A DNA stretch of 64,000 nt from an uncultured Candidatus Saccharibacteria bacterium (GCA_964606285.1 CAZSFP010000001.1:5376-69375); one strand, 5' to 3'; positions 29,393-39,496 are shown, numbered from the stretch's first letter. The notes: generated by a model from the letters alone, not told the origin. Program-made: numbers and translations.

Positions 29393-31192
29393 ATGGATTT
29401 AAAACATATCCGAAACTTTTCTATCATAGCCCATATCGATCACGGTAAGTCAACGCTTGCTGATCGAATGCTTGAAATTACGGGAACGATCGAAAAGCGT
29501 AAAATGCGCGATCAGGTGCTCGACAACATGGAACTTGAGCGTGAACGGGGGATCACGATCAAAATGCAGCCCGTCCGCATGACTTATGCGTCAAAAGAGA
29601 ATGCGAATGAGGCCTATATGTTGAATCTGATCGATACCCCAGGACACATCGATTTCTCCTACGAAGTTTCTCGGGCACTCAAAGCGGTTGAAGGATCTAT
29701 CCTCCTCGTTGATGCGACCCAGGGTGTGCAGGCACAGACGCTCACAACGCTCCAGATGGCGCGTGATGCCGGTCTGGTTATCATCCCAGTCCTCTCAAAG
29801 ATCGATTCACCACTCGCACGAGTTGATGATGTGCGACTCGAAGTCGCGTCACTTCTTGATTGCAATGAATCAGATATTCTCACAGTTTCTGGTCGCACTG
29901 GTGAGGGTGTTATAGAACTTTTGGAACATGTTATTTCTCATGTACCACCACCATCAACAACCTATGACACAGGTGCTCGAGCAATTGTTTTTGATTTCAA
30001 ATATTCTAACCATCGCGGGGTGATCGTGTTTGTCCGCATGCTTGATGGTGTCTTTTCCAAAAATGACAACCTCATGTTCGGAGTGACTGTCGAAAAATTT
30101 GCATCACTTGAAGTCGGATCATTTTCTCCAGAAGAAACGCCAACAGAAAATCTTTCTGCAGGAGAAATCGGATATATTGTGACGGGTATCAAAAAACCAG
30201 GTATTGCATCTGTGGGTGATACGATCGTTTTTCAAAAAAATCCGTTGCCAATCGTTGAGGGATATATGAAGCCGCGACCTGTTGTTTGGGCGTCCATTTA
30301 TCCCGAAAGTCAGGACGATTTTCCTGAGCTAAAGCTTTCACTTGATCGACTTCGATTGTCTGATTCTTCATTTTCCCATGAAGAAGAAACATCTGGCGCA
30401 CTCGGACGCGGATTCCGCTGTGGATTCCTCGGCATGCTCCACCTCGAGATCATTACTGAGCGATTGCGCCGTGAATTCAATTTGTCACTTATCGTGACGA
30501 TGCCGTCCATCACATACGAAGTCGAACTTCGTGGTGGTAAAAAAGTAACTGTCTACTCACCACACCTTTTCCCCGAAGATGGATCTGTGACAAAAATATT
30601 TGAACCATGGGTGACGACAACGATCATCACACCAATTGAGTATTTGGGTGCACTCATGCAACTCCTCTTTGATCATGAAGCGGAAGTCGGGGAGACTGTG
30701 AACTTTGGTGACAACCGTTCTCGAGTGACATGTCTCATGCCGCTTCGTGAACTCATGCGTAACTTTTTTGATGAGTTGAAAAGCGTTTCGTCAGGCTATG
30801 CATCCATTTCGTATGATATCGGTGAGATGCGTGAAGCTGATGTTGTCCGTCTTGATATTCTTGTTGCCGAAGAACCAGTGCTCGCGTTTTGTCGTATTGT
30901 CTCACGTCGCCGAATCCAAGAAGAATCGGAAAAAGCAGTTGAGAAATTGCACGGACTCATCCCGCGCCAGCAAATCATCGTCAAAATCCAAGCTCGTGCC
31001 CTTGGACGTATTGTCTCCTCAAAAACTATTTCTGCGTTCAAAAAAGACGTGACCCAGCATATGTACGGTGGTGACATCACGCGCCGGATGAAACTCTGGG
31101 AAAAGCAAAAGAAGGGTAAGAAAAAGATGCAGGCAGCCGGCAAGGTCAACATCCCGCAAGATGTATTCTTGAAAATGATGAAGACGGATTAA
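29393..31192 (+). CDS. lepA: elongation factor 4 (LepA)
   Basis: NFSIIAHIDHGKSTLADRMLE..DTPGHIDF..; characteristic LepA C-terminal domain; 599 aa. Confidence 0.95.
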   Translation: MDLKHIRNFSIIAHIDHGKSTLADRMLEITGTIEKRKMRDQVLDNMELERERGITIKMQPVRMTYASKENANEAYMLNLIDTPGHIDFSYEVSRALKAVEGSILLVDATQGVQAQTLTTLQMARDAGLVIIPVLSKIDSPLARVDDVRLEVASLLDCNESDILTVSGRTGEGVIELLEHVISHVPPPSTTYDTGARAIVFDFKYSNHRGVIVFVRMLDGVFSKNDNLMFGVTVEKFASLEVGSFSPEETPTENLSAGEIGYIVTGIKKPGIASVGDTIVFQKNPLPIVEGYMKPRPVVWASIYPESQDDFPELKLSLDRLRLSDSSFSHEEETSGALGRGFRCGFLGMLHLEIITERLRREFNLSLIVTMPSITYEVELRGGKKVTVYSPHLFPEDGSVTKIFEPWVTTTIITPIEYLGALMQLLFDHEAEVGETVNFGDNRSRVTCLMPLRELMRNFFDELKSVSSGYASISYDIGEMREADVVRLDILVAEEPVLAFCRIVSRRRIQEESEKAVEKLHGLIPRQQIIVKIQARALGRIVSSKTISAFKKDVTQHMYGGDITRRMKLWEKQKKGKKKMQAAGKVNIPQDVFLKMMKTD

Positions 31193-31229
31193 TAAGAATT
31201 TTATTATAAAAATTGATATATTATCTAGT

Positions 31230-31799
31230 ATGGAATTAGAAACAAAACGATTATTATTACGAAAGGCCAGAAAAAGTGATTGGCAAGATATTGTAGAAGG
31301 TGCATCTGATTTGAACGTTTCAAAAATGATGACATCAGTTCCACATCCGTATGAGAAAAAAGATGCAGAATTGTTTATTAATGATTCTATAAAGAAATGG
31401 AATCAGAAAAAAGGATTTTCTTTTTTCATTGAACTTAAATCTGAAAAGAAAGTGATCGGTGTTATGACTGTTGGTGGAATTAATGAATTCAATGGTACAG
31501 CAACTACCGGATCATGGATCAACAAAAAGTATTGGAAACAAGGATATATTACAGAAGCAAAAATTACGGTCAATGACTTTGCTTTTAATCAATTAAAACT
31601 CCGAAGACTCAATTCTACTGTATATACAGACAACAAGGCTTCTAATGCAACCCAAACAAAAATGGGGTATGTATTCGAGGGTGTGAGTAGAAAAGCACAA
31701 AGAAGTAAATCAACAGGAAAAATCCATGATTTAAATATCTATGGATTACTCAAGGAAGATTGGAAAAAAATCCGACCTATATTAATAAAAAAGAATTAG
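31230..31799 (+). CDS. GNAT family N-acetyltransferase (RimJ/RimL-like)
   Basis: ETKRLLLRKARKSDW..; acetyl-CoA binding region ..VIGVMTVGG.. Confidence 0.75.
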   Translation: MELETKRLLLRKARKSDWQDIVEGASDLNVSKMMTSVPHPYEKKDAELFINDSIKKWNQKKGFSFFIELKSEKKVIGVMTVGGINEFNGTATTGSWINKKYWKQGYITEAKITVNDFAFNQLKLRRLNSTVYTDNKASNATQTKMGYVFEGVSRKAQRSKSTGKIHDLNIYGLLKEDWKKIRPILIKKN

Positions 31800-31948
31800 T
31801 TCCTATTGAAACAATGCAGGAACGTAGAGGAGGATCATACTCACGATAACGAGGAGTGATAGGATACCCCAGAAGATTTGCACTTTTTTCTTGTGTTTTT
31901 GGAAGAATAACATGTATTTTTTGTGATTAGAATGTTAGTATATCAGGT

Positions 31949-32338
31949 ATGAAGCGATTATTCAAATACAAGAAAATCATCCTCTTTTTTTCACAGCATG
32001 GCAAATTGATCGCACTTGGTGTGTTGTGTATTATTCTCCTTTCAGGTGTCATCAATATGTTTGATCGATATCAACTGGTCACTGAAAAAAAAGCGCGCGC
32101 AGACCGTGATTTGGCGACTCTGACTGAAAAAGAAAAGAATATTCGTACTGAAGTCGATCGCCTCAATACACCCGAAGGAATTGAAGAAGGATTGCGCGAG
32201 TCATTCAGGGTTGCAAAACCAGGGGAATATCTTATCGTTATTTTACCAAAAGAAGAAAAAGCAGAAGTGGTATCAGAAAATACAGCACAGAAAATTCGCT
32301 CATTTTTCAAGAATATTTTCTCAAAAAATAAGCAATAG
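31949..32338 (+). CDS. septum formation initiator (FtsB/DivIC-like) protein
   Basis: N-terminal TM helix, a coiled-coil, then ..RVAKPGEYLIVI. Confidence 0.6.
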   Translation: MKRLFKYKKIILFFSQHGKLIALGVLCIILLSGVINMFDRYQLVTEKKARADRDLATLTEKEKNIRTEVDRLNTPEGIEEGLRESFRVAKPGEYLIVILPKEEKAEVVSENTAQKIRSFFKNIFSKNKQ

Positions 32339-32370
32339 CCATATTACTGACGCTGTGATACAATATTTTT

Positions 32371-32490
32371 TATATGAATCCCGTTAGAAGTCATGATCAC
32401 AATGGGATTTAATATACAACAAGAAACTTATTATTAGATTTAATCAAAAAGTAGAGGCATGAATAATGATCGTGATCTACTTCTAACGGG
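32371..32490 (+). repeat. inverted-repeat leader element, copy A (~120 bp), abutting the ATG of the glutaredoxin-like gene
   Basis: 5' arm tatatgaatcccgttagaagtcatgatca, 3' arm cgtgatctacttctaacggg directly before the ATG. The same arms are at 40837-40953 on the opposite strand. Confidence 0.7.
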
Positions 32491-32730
32491 ATGAAAAAAG
32501 TTACCATTTATAGTACACCAGTTTGTCATTTTTGCAATCTCGCAAAAGTATTTTTCAAGGAACATAACATCGCCTATACTGAATACAATGTCGCCGCAGA
32601 TATGGAGAAACGCAAAGAAATGATCGAAATCAGTGGACAGCTCGGCGTCCCAGTTATCACCATAGACAATGATCTTCTTGTTGGATTCAATGAACCAAAA
32701 ATTGCGGCACTCCTTGGCATCAAAAGCTAA
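32491..32730 (+). CDS. glutaredoxin-like protein (NrdH/Grx family)
   Basis: VTIYSTPVCHFCNLAKVFF: CxxC thioredoxin fold; 79 aa. Confidence 0.8.
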   Translation: MKKVTIYSTPVCHFCNLAKVFFKEHNIAYTEYNVAADMEKRKEMIEISGQLGVPVITIDNDLLVGFNEPKIAALLGIKS

Positions 32731-32755
32731 ACACCGTATACTACAAAACGCACCG

Positions 32756-32779
32756 CAAGGTGCGTTTTGTGCATCCATA
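32756..32779 (+). terminator. rho-independent terminator
   Basis: aaaacgcaccgcaaggtgcgtttt hairpin plus T-run. Confidence 0.7.
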
Positions 32780-32863
32780 TTGTCCCTGTAGTTCAATGCC
32801 CGCCCGTACCGAACGGTACGTTCGGGCGGGGATAGAACAATCTCGTTTATCCCGTGTTAAGTT

Positions 32864-32935
32864 GCCTTTATAGCTCAACGGATAGAGCAGACCCGTCCTA
32901 AGGGTAAGATGTAGGTTCAATTCCTGCTGAAGGCA
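32864..32935 (+). tRNA. tRNA-Arg (anticodon CCT)
   Basis: Acceptor GCCTTTA/TGAAGGC, D-arm GCTC-AACGGATA-GAGC, anticodon loop GTCCTAA, T-arm GTAGG-TTCAATT-CCTGC. One G-A at 27-43 lowers confidence. Confidence 0.75.
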
Positions 32936-33049
32936 CAATTATTTTTTTTATACTAAATTCCATATCTACGCCATGGCGTAGATATGGAGAAATTATAATT
33001 ACCCACATAATCTATTTTTTGTCTTTTTTGAATGTGTTACTATTGAATC

Positions 33050-33343
33050 ATGGAATCAGATTCAAAAAAGATAACAGAGATGTTTGAAATGATTAAGGAG
33101 AATAATCAAATTCTCCATAAACTTCATCGTATACAAAGACGGGCACATTTTTTTCGGATAGTGTATTGGCTTATTATGATTGGTCTTGCACTCGGTGCAT
33201 ACTACTATATCCAGCCGTATTTGAATCAAATTGTAGATTTGTACAATCAGGGCGCAAATGGTTTTCACTCACTTCAAAATCTACAAGATCAATTCAGTCA
33301 GAGTCAGTGGCAGCAACTTGTTAAACAATTCGGAGGTAACTAA
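33050..33343 (+). CDS. hypothetical small membrane protein
   Basis: ORF with one central TM segment. Confidence 0.45.
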   Translation: MESDSKKITEMFEMIKENNQILHKLHRIQRRAHFFRIVYWLIMIGLALGAYYYIQPYLNQIVDLYNQGANGFHSLQNLQDQFSQSQWQQLVKQFGGN

Positions 33344-33390
33344 CTCTCCCCAATAAAAACACCGCATTAAATACGGTGTTTTTATTTTGG

Positions 33391-33463
33391 TGCCGAGGAC
33401 CAGAGTTGAACTGGTGACATCTCCCTCTTCAGGGGAGCGCTCTACCAACTGAGCTACCTCGGC
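33391..33463 (-). tRNA. tRNA-Phe (anticodon GAA)
   Basis: Reverse complement: GCCGAGGTAGCTCAGTTGGTAGAGC..CTCCC-CTGAAGA-GGGAG..CCAGTTCAACTCTGG-CCTCGGC-A. Confidence 0.88.
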
Positions 33464-33614
33464 ATATTATTATTTCAAATCTACGTATTGTACAAGGTAA
33501 ATACTTGCCTTACTTACCAAAACAGCCACCTGACATAACTCTTCTATACTACCAAAAATGAGGGTTTTTGCAATCAATAAAAAATACCCATCTGTGATGA
33601 GTATTTCTGTCGGC

Positions 33615-34121
33615 TTAGGATACTATAACTGCTGCAAACCCGCGTCCTCGCGATTTTGTGCGAGTTTGTCCTATCTTCAATATCTTGTGTTTGTATATCG
33701 GAAAAATTTGTGGGTATACTCTTCCAAATGATTCATGCTGCAATTCTTCTTTTAATCCAAGAATGAATTTTGTTTCTAATTTTTTATAGATCTTTTTCTC
33801 TTTTTGTTCAACAAGTGATTTCAGTGCATCTTGTCCTGCCAGAATGTGATTTTCAGCAAGAAGCTTGGTTCGAAATTCAGACAGAGAAATACGTGAGGGG
33901 ATTTTTACAAGTCCTATTTTTACCTTCTTTCCATCCATGTCTATTTTAAAGGTAATTTTTTCCTGAGAATCGATTTTTTTGATATATCGTTCTATTGCAT
34001 TGACTATAAATGCACTCACAGGCTTGAGAAGAATCAATTTGTCATCGAGTAAATCTAGTTTTTCTAGAGGAATGCCTTTTGCAGTCATTTTCTTTTCTAT
34101 TTCTTTTATAAGTTTTTCCAA
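33615..34121 (-). CDS. hypothetical protein
   Basis: ORF only. Confidence 0.5.
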   Translation of the reverse strand: MEKLIKEIEKKMTAKGIPLEKLDLLDDKLILLKPVSAFIVNAIERYIKKIDSQEKITFKIDMDGKKVKIGLVKIPSRISLSEFRTKLLAENHILAGQDALKSLVEQKEKKIYKKLETKFILGLKEELQHESFGRVYPQIFPIYKHKILKIGQTRTKSRGRGFAAVIVS

Positions 34122-34231
34122 GAGCTTTGTATTTTAAATTTTTTATACTATAACACAAAAATTTGACTTTTACAAGTATTTTTGGTATACTCTCCACAGT
34201 TCTTTAAAAACTTTGATTTTTAAGAGTTATT

Positions 34232-34753
34232 TTGAGAGTTATCACAACTGCTAAAAATTTGGCTTGTGTGATAACTTTCAGAATTCATAAACAATTAAAA
34301 TCAAGTAAAATGGATAAAAAAATTTATCAAAAAGTACAGCGATTTGGAATAACTCAACAGAAAATTAAAAATCTTGAAGATATTCTTGAAGATGAAAAAA
34401 ATAGTTTAAAGTCACAAGGTAGACAAATGTATAAATCTGTTTACGCCAAACTTAATATATTTTTCAGAAACTCTAGAACTCCTTTTGCTAAAATGATGCG
34501 TCATGGTGAAATTACCAAAGGCGCGGTAATAGAAGATTTTTGCGGAAGATCTCCAGTAAAAAATTTATCCTGGAGATTATCGCAATTTTTACTCGGAATC
34601 GAGACTAGTTTTAATAAGATTAATACTAATTCGATTGAAGACTTCACTATTACTCAAAAAGAAATTGATGAGTTAAATGAGCTTCTCTCAGAAAAATTGG
34701 AAGTAAGGTTTTCATTATTAAATGATTCTTATTTTATGATAATGAAAAAGTAA
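34232..34753 (+). CDS. hypothetical protein
   Basis: ORF only; AT-rich. A later Met at 34310 is possible. Confidence 0.45.
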   Translation: MRVITTAKNLACVITFRIHKQLKSSKMDKKIYQKVQRFGITQQKIKNLEDILEDEKNSLKSQGRQMYKSVYAKLNIFFRNSRTPFAKMMRHGEITKGAVIEDFCGRSPVKNLSWRLSQFLLGIETSFNKINTNSIEDFTITQKEIDELNELLSEKLEVRFSLLNDSYFMIMKK

Positions 34754-34781
34754 GAATTATTCTGTTTAAACAAAAAGACAC

Positions 34782-35204
34782 TCAATGAGTGTCTTTTATT
34801 TTACTTTTAAAAAGTTCTCTTATCGTTTTTGCTTTTTCTGTTCTAAATATTTTCTCATTATCATTCCACTCATAGAGATATATTTTATTAATTGCCTCAT
34901 GTGCTCCCATTTGTACATTCTTTGTATTGAATTCATCATGATTGGAATTGGAAATAATAGTAGTTTTGTTATTGTGTTCCAAGATACTTTGAATCATTTC
35001 ATAACCCCAATTGCCTCCAACATCTCCATCCAGCATAATCATGTCATATGTTTTTTCTGATAACATTCTTTTTGCCTGCGTTATATTATAGGCATTGGTA
35101 ATAGCAAGTTTATTTTCTGGAAAAACAAAATCTTTTAAAAATTTCTCAATCGGATCATGGACTAATTCAAGGTCATCAACGATGAGAATATGTATTGTTT
35201 CCAT
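34782..35204 (-). CDS. stand-alone response-regulator receiver (REC/CheY-like) domain protein
   Basis: ILIVDD..; phospho-acceptor Asp in MIMLDGDV; a Lys near the C-terminus; 140 aa with no output domain. Confidence 0.75.
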   Translation of the reverse strand: METIHILIVDDLELVHDPIEKFLKDFVFPENKLAITNAYNITQAKRMLSEKTYDMIMLDGDVGGNWGYEMIQSILEHNNKTTIISNSNHDEFNTKNVQMGAHEAINKIYLYEWNDNEKIFRTEKAKTIRELFKSKIKDTH

Positions 35205-35255
35205 TAGGTATTTATTTTTACAATAGTATATATTGAAATACGGTATAATTCAACA

Positions 35256-35292
35256 TGTACGAAAAATCCCGCAGTATATGCGGGATTTTTAT
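35256..35292. terminator. rho-independent terminator
   Basis: aaaatcccgcagtatatgcgggatttt. Confidence 0.65.
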
Positions 35293-35294
35293 AG

Positions 35295-35807
35295 TTAGGA
35301 AGATTTAACTTTGAGATTCATCTTCTTTGTTTTATCGATCTTTGGGATTTTCACTGTGATCAATCCGTGTTTCTCGACTGCTTCCGCTTCTTCGGGTTCG
35401 ACTTCAGCAGGAAGGGAAATCGTTCGAGAAAATGTACCCCAGTAAAGTTCTTTGAGAAAAAAGTTTTCTTCATCGATCATGCGAGATTCTTCACGTTTTC
35501 CTTTGATGACGATCATGTCACGCATGATGGTGATAGATAAATCTTCAGGTCGAACACCTGCTGCCATGGTATCAACGATGATGTGAGTCGGCGTCTGATA
35601 TACATCCACGGTGAGTTGTGCGTCCTCTGGTTCATCATCCGTCCACATAACTTCTTTTTCTTTTCTTTCAAGGTTTCCAGATGCTTTACCTTTGATGACA
35701 ACTGTTGGTTCTTTTGTGTCTGTTTCGTTTTCATTTTCGAAGACATCGTCATCGAGCGTAAGCCCACCTGTCAATCGTTCAAAAAATGATTTCTTTTTTG
35801 TTGCCAT
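35295..35807 (-). CDS. Hsp20/alpha-crystallin family small heat-shock protein
   Basis: Alpha-crystallin domain ..VDVYQT..IIVD..PGV..EDLSI..LTIKG.. and C-terminal ITVKIPKI. Confidence 0.85.
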   Translation of the reverse strand: MATKKKSFFERLTGGLTLDDDVFENENETDTKEPTVVIKGKASGNLERKEKEVMWTDDEPEDAQLTVDVYQTPTHIIVDTMAAGVRPEDLSITIMRDMIVIKGKREESRMIDEENFFLKELYWGTFSRTISLPAEVEPEEAEAVEKHGLITVKIPKIDKTKKMNLKVKSS

Positions 35808-35810
35808 AAA

Positions 35811-36548
35811 TTATGTTGTCGCAACGTTGGCCTTACCCAAACGTCGCAACTTTTCAAATAGAAGTATAATAATAATAGTGACCACCCAGAGAAGTCCAAA
35901 CACCTGCAAGAAATATTCTCCGTCTCTCTCCATTATAAAAAAATTAAATGCAGTATGCAAGACAATTGCACCGACAATACCGATAAGTGTGTAGAGTTTT
36001 CGTGTTGCGATTGATTCAAAATATGCGAGTCCGATCATGATACCGATAAATCCACTGCAAACCGCATGGAGAAGTGTGGAACCGAGAAATCGAAGATTGC
36101 CCGTGGTGACACTTGTAAGTGTTTCTCCGGCAGAGAGTGGATCGAGGAGGAACAGTGCGTTTTCGAGTCCGGCGAAACCGAGCGCGGCGATCATCATGTA
36201 GATCGGATAGTCGATTGGTTCATCGATATGGCCGCTTCGAAATGTCACAAAAAATACGACAAGGTATTTCATGACTTCCTCTATGGCTGCCCAGAGTGTT
36301 ATTTGTGTCGAATGATCACTGATGATATTTGCGACAAATTTTTGAAGCGGGAGCACGAGAAATACAATGCCCATGCCGATCAAAAACAAGAGAAAAATCA
36401 GGCCCTTTGGTTCAGGATTGTTTTTGTCTTCTTTCATCCAAAACCACAGCCAAATAACTGCTGGAATAATCCCGAGAGAAAGCGTTATGGCGATTATTTT
36501 TGGATCGTAGGCCATGGTGTGACGATGAGTAATTTCTTGCCCTGCCAT
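35811..36548 (-). CDS. PrsW/CPBP-like intramembrane metalloprotease family protein
   Basis: Motifs in order: EEVMKY (EExxK), FAGLENALF (FxxxE), HTAFNF (HxxxN), on a polytopic membrane core. The start may be the internal Met at 36515 (overlap with the valS 3' end). Confidence 0.6.
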   Translation of the reverse strand: MAGQEITHRHTMAYDPKIIAITLSLGIIPAVIWLWFWMKEDKNNPEPKGLIFLLFLIGMGIVFLVLPLQKFVANIISDHSTQITLWAAIEEVMKYLVVFFVTFRSGHIDEPIDYPIYMMIAALGFAGLENALFLLDPLSAGETLTSVTTGNLRFLGSTLLHAVCSGFIGIMIGLAYFESIATRKLYTLIGIVGAIVLHTAFNFFIMERDGEYFLQVFGLLWVVTIIIILLFEKLRRLGKANVATT

Positions 36549-38692
36549 GATGGGAGAAGTGACCAGAGTTCTTCGGTGATAAACGGCATGAATGGATGGA
36601 GAATCGTGACGAGTGTGACCAAATGGGTATAGATCAATGCCTTTGCAGAATCAGCGTTGGTATTTTCAATAATTTTCTTTTTGCTACGTTCGATAATAAT
36701 ATCCGCAAATGTATGCCAAAAGTAATGATAGAGCTTTTCTGAAACGAGATACATTTTGTACTCTTCCATTTCTTTCGTAATTTCTGCGATGAGTGTGTGG
36801 AGCTCATCGTGTGATTGTTGGTCTTCTGTATCAAGCGGCGGGAGGTTGTTCGTATCGAGACCGCTTGTTTGTTCGAGAACAAATCGAGTCGCGTTCCAAA
36901 TCTTGTTTGCAAATTTTCCGTACGCTTTTACTTTTTGAATATCAAAGTTGAGATCGTTGCCGGGTCCGATACCGACCACCATCGACATGCGAAGTGCGTC
37001 AGTACCAAACTGTCGAATAACTTCTTCTGGTTCGATCCCGTTTTTTGCCGATTTACTAAATTTTTTGCCTTGTGAATCACGAACAATGCCGTGCAGATAG
37101 ACTGTTTCAAATGGAATGACGTCAAGTGTATATTTACTCATCATGATCATACGCGCAACCCAAAAGAATATGATCTCGTAACCGGGATTCATAAAAGTTG
37201 TCGGGTGATATGTCGATAGGTCGAGTGTTTTCTCAGGCCAGCCGAGTGTTGAGAAACTCCAGAGTCCCGATGAGAACCATGTGTCGAGTGTGTCTGGATC
37301 TTGTTTCCAATCATCGCCATCTGGTGGATTGATACCGCAATATGTTTCTTCTTCACCACCAACTGCCATGCGATACCAGACAGGAATCTGGTGACCGTAA
37401 ATGATTTGTCGTGAGATGCACCAGTCACGAAGATTGTCCACCCAGTTGTAATATGTTTTTTCGAAATGATTTGGGAGTACCTGGATTTCTTTTGAGGAAA
37501 CTGGCTCCTTCATAAATTCTTTCAATGTCTTTCCGTTTTTTGATGCGATGGGCTTATTGACATCAACGAACCATTGGAGTTTTGGAAGGGGTTCGATGAC
37601 TGCTTCTGTCCGTTCTGCTGTGCCAACATTTTGGGTCATCTCTTCTTCTTTTTCGATAAGATTTTCACCACGTAACCATGCGATGATGACTTCACGGGCT
37701 TCCTGTGTTTTCTTGCCGATCAATGTCGGACCGCCGACCATCATCTTGCCGTATTCATTGATAACTTGTTTTACTTCGAGATTGTGACGAGATGCAATAT
37801 CAAAGTCGATCATGCTGTGTGCAGGAGTGACACCGAGCGCTCCTGTACCAAATGCTGGATCGACAGAATTATCAGCGATGATTTTAATGTTGATTGGAAC
37901 ACCACAGAAAATTGCTTCATAGGTTTTGCCGATGAATTCCGTATAACGTGTATCATCCGGGTGAACAGCAACAGCAGTGTCACCGACTTTGGTTTCTGGG
38001 CGTGTTGTCGAGATGGCGATAGGGAAGTCTTTGCTGTATTTGAATGTGTACATGACACTTTTGCGTTCTTGGTACACAATCTCATCATCAGAGATCGTTG
38101 TTTGACCTTTTGGATCCCAGTTGACCACGCGATATTTGCGATAGATGAGTCCATCGTCATACATTTGTTTGAAGACTGTTCGAACTGCGAGACTGCGTTT
38201 GTCATCGAGGGTAAATGCTTCTCGACTCCAGTCGAGAGAAGATCCCAAGAGTCGCATCTGACCTTGCATGTCTTTTTGATTGATCAAGCCGAATTCATTG
38301 ATCATGTTGAAAAATTCTTCACGGGAAAAATCATGGCGGGATTTACCAGATTCTTTCTGGAGATTTTTTTCAAAACGGGATTGTGTTGCGATTGCCGCAT
38401 GATCCGTTCCCGGGATCCATGTTGTTCGTTTGCCTTGCATACGTGCAAAGCGAACCACGGCATCCTGAAGACTGTGTTCGAGTGCATGACCGAGGTGGAG
38501 GCGACCGGTCACATTTGGCGGCGGGAGCACCATGGAGAAATGAGGTGCATCGGCTCTTGTGACACCTTCTTTGATGCATACGTCAGGATTAAAGTATCCA
38601 CTATCTTCCCAGAGCTTGTATATCCGCTCTTCTGTATCTTTTGCATTATAAGGTTTGAGAAGTTTCTCTGGTATGCCGTATATGTTTTCCAT
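36494..38692 (-). CDS. valS: valine--tRNA ligase (short form lacking the C-terminal coiled-coil)
   Basis: PPPNVTGRLHLGHALE (HIGH) ..GTDHAAIATQ.. KFSKSAKNG (KMSKS); 732 aa. Confidence 0.9.
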   Translation of the reverse strand: MENIYGIPEKLLKPYNAKDTEERIYKLWEDSGYFNPDVCIKEGVTRADAPHFSMVLPPPNVTGRLHLGHALEHSLQDAVVRFARMQGKRTTWIPGTDHAAIATQSRFEKNLQKESGKSRHDFSREEFFNMINEFGLINQKDMQGQMRLLGSSLDWSREAFTLDDKRSLAVRTVFKQMYDDGLIYRKYRVVNWDPKGQTTISDDEIVYQERKSVMYTFKYSKDFPIAISTTRPETKVGDTAVAVHPDDTRYTEFIGKTYEAIFCGVPINIKIIADNSVDPAFGTGALGVTPAHSMIDFDIASRHNLEVKQVINEYGKMMVGGPTLIGKKTQEAREVIIAWLRGENLIEKEEEMTQNVGTAERTEAVIEPLPKLQWFVDVNKPIASKNGKTLKEFMKEPVSSKEIQVLPNHFEKTYYNWVDNLRDWCISRQIIYGHQIPVWYRMAVGGEEETYCGINPPDGDDWKQDPDTLDTWFSSGLWSFSTLGWPEKTLDLSTYHPTTFMNPGYEIIFFWVARMIMMSKYTLDVIPFETVYLHGIVRDSQGKKFSKSAKNGIEPEEVIRQFGTDALRMSMVVGIGPGNDLNFDIQKVKAYGKFANKIWNATRFVLEQTSGLDTNNLPPLDTEDQQSHDELHTLIAEITKEMEEYKMYLVSEKLYHYFWHTFADIIIERSKKKIIENTNADSAKALIYTHLVTLVTILHPFMPFITEELWSLLPSWQGKKLLIVTPWPTIQK

Positions 38693-38740
38693 CCTTGTAC
38701 TATAACAGTTTGGAGACTTTTATAAAAGGATTTTTGCTTT

Positions 38741-39496
38741 TTGCAAAAACAGGAATTTGTGGTATTGTATGAAAAATATCTTTTTATACAAACCTGTTTT
38801 ATGAAAGCAAGAAATATTTTTAATTGGACGATATATCAGGCGATCGCATGGTATATGGAAGTGCATGACCTAAAGAATATTGAAGAATTCAATCAAGTAA
38901 ATGATTTCAGTCTTATCAAAGCCGGATTGTTCCCATATTTTTTTGCTGGTGCATCAAATAATTTGGAACACGCATTTGAAATGTATGGCACATGGGTCTC
39001 TGACCAGGTGTATCCAGAACCAATATACGCACATCCGATCAGTTATCTCATTGTTCCCGAGGGATACATTGATGACGTAAAAAAATATATTCCTGGAAAA
39101 ATAGAACCAAATTTTCAGTATTATTTTGAGCACCGAAACAAAGAAAAATTTCTGACATTGCCGGGAGATTCTCGGTTTTATGTGTCAGATAAACAGTGGG
39201 AGTTTCTACAGACACTAGAAACGGAATCATATGATGAGATCATGACTGGCATTGCCCAGTTGAAATTGCATTCTGATGATGAATTTATTACTGCTTCCTG
39301 GAATGAATTTGTAGAATTTGCTCGGAAAACTGAAGCTTTCCAGGTATATCTCGCGGTTCATGGAGAAGGAAGAACTGACACTACAATAATTGATCATCAG
39401 TATGTGTTTGAACGAACAAAAATATTTATGCCGACACTCTATGAAATCAGTCATCATATTTTTGCGCATGATGAAAACAGAAGAATAACGGTCTAA
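38741..39496 (+). CDS. hypothetical protein
   Basis: ORF only. An internal Met at 38801 is an alternative start. Confidence 0.5.
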   Translation: MQKQEFVVLYEKYLFIQTCFMKARNIFNWTIYQAIAWYMEVHDLKNIEEFNQVNDFSLIKAGLFPYFFAGASNNLEHAFEMYGTWVSDQVYPEPIYAHPISYLIVPEGYIDDVKKYIPGKIEPNFQYYFEHRNKEKFLTLPGDSRFYVSDKQWEFLQTLETESYDEIMTGIAQLKLHSDDEFITASWNEFVEFARKTEAFQVYLAVHGEGRTDTTIIDHQYVFERTKIFMPTLYEISHHIFAHDENRRITV

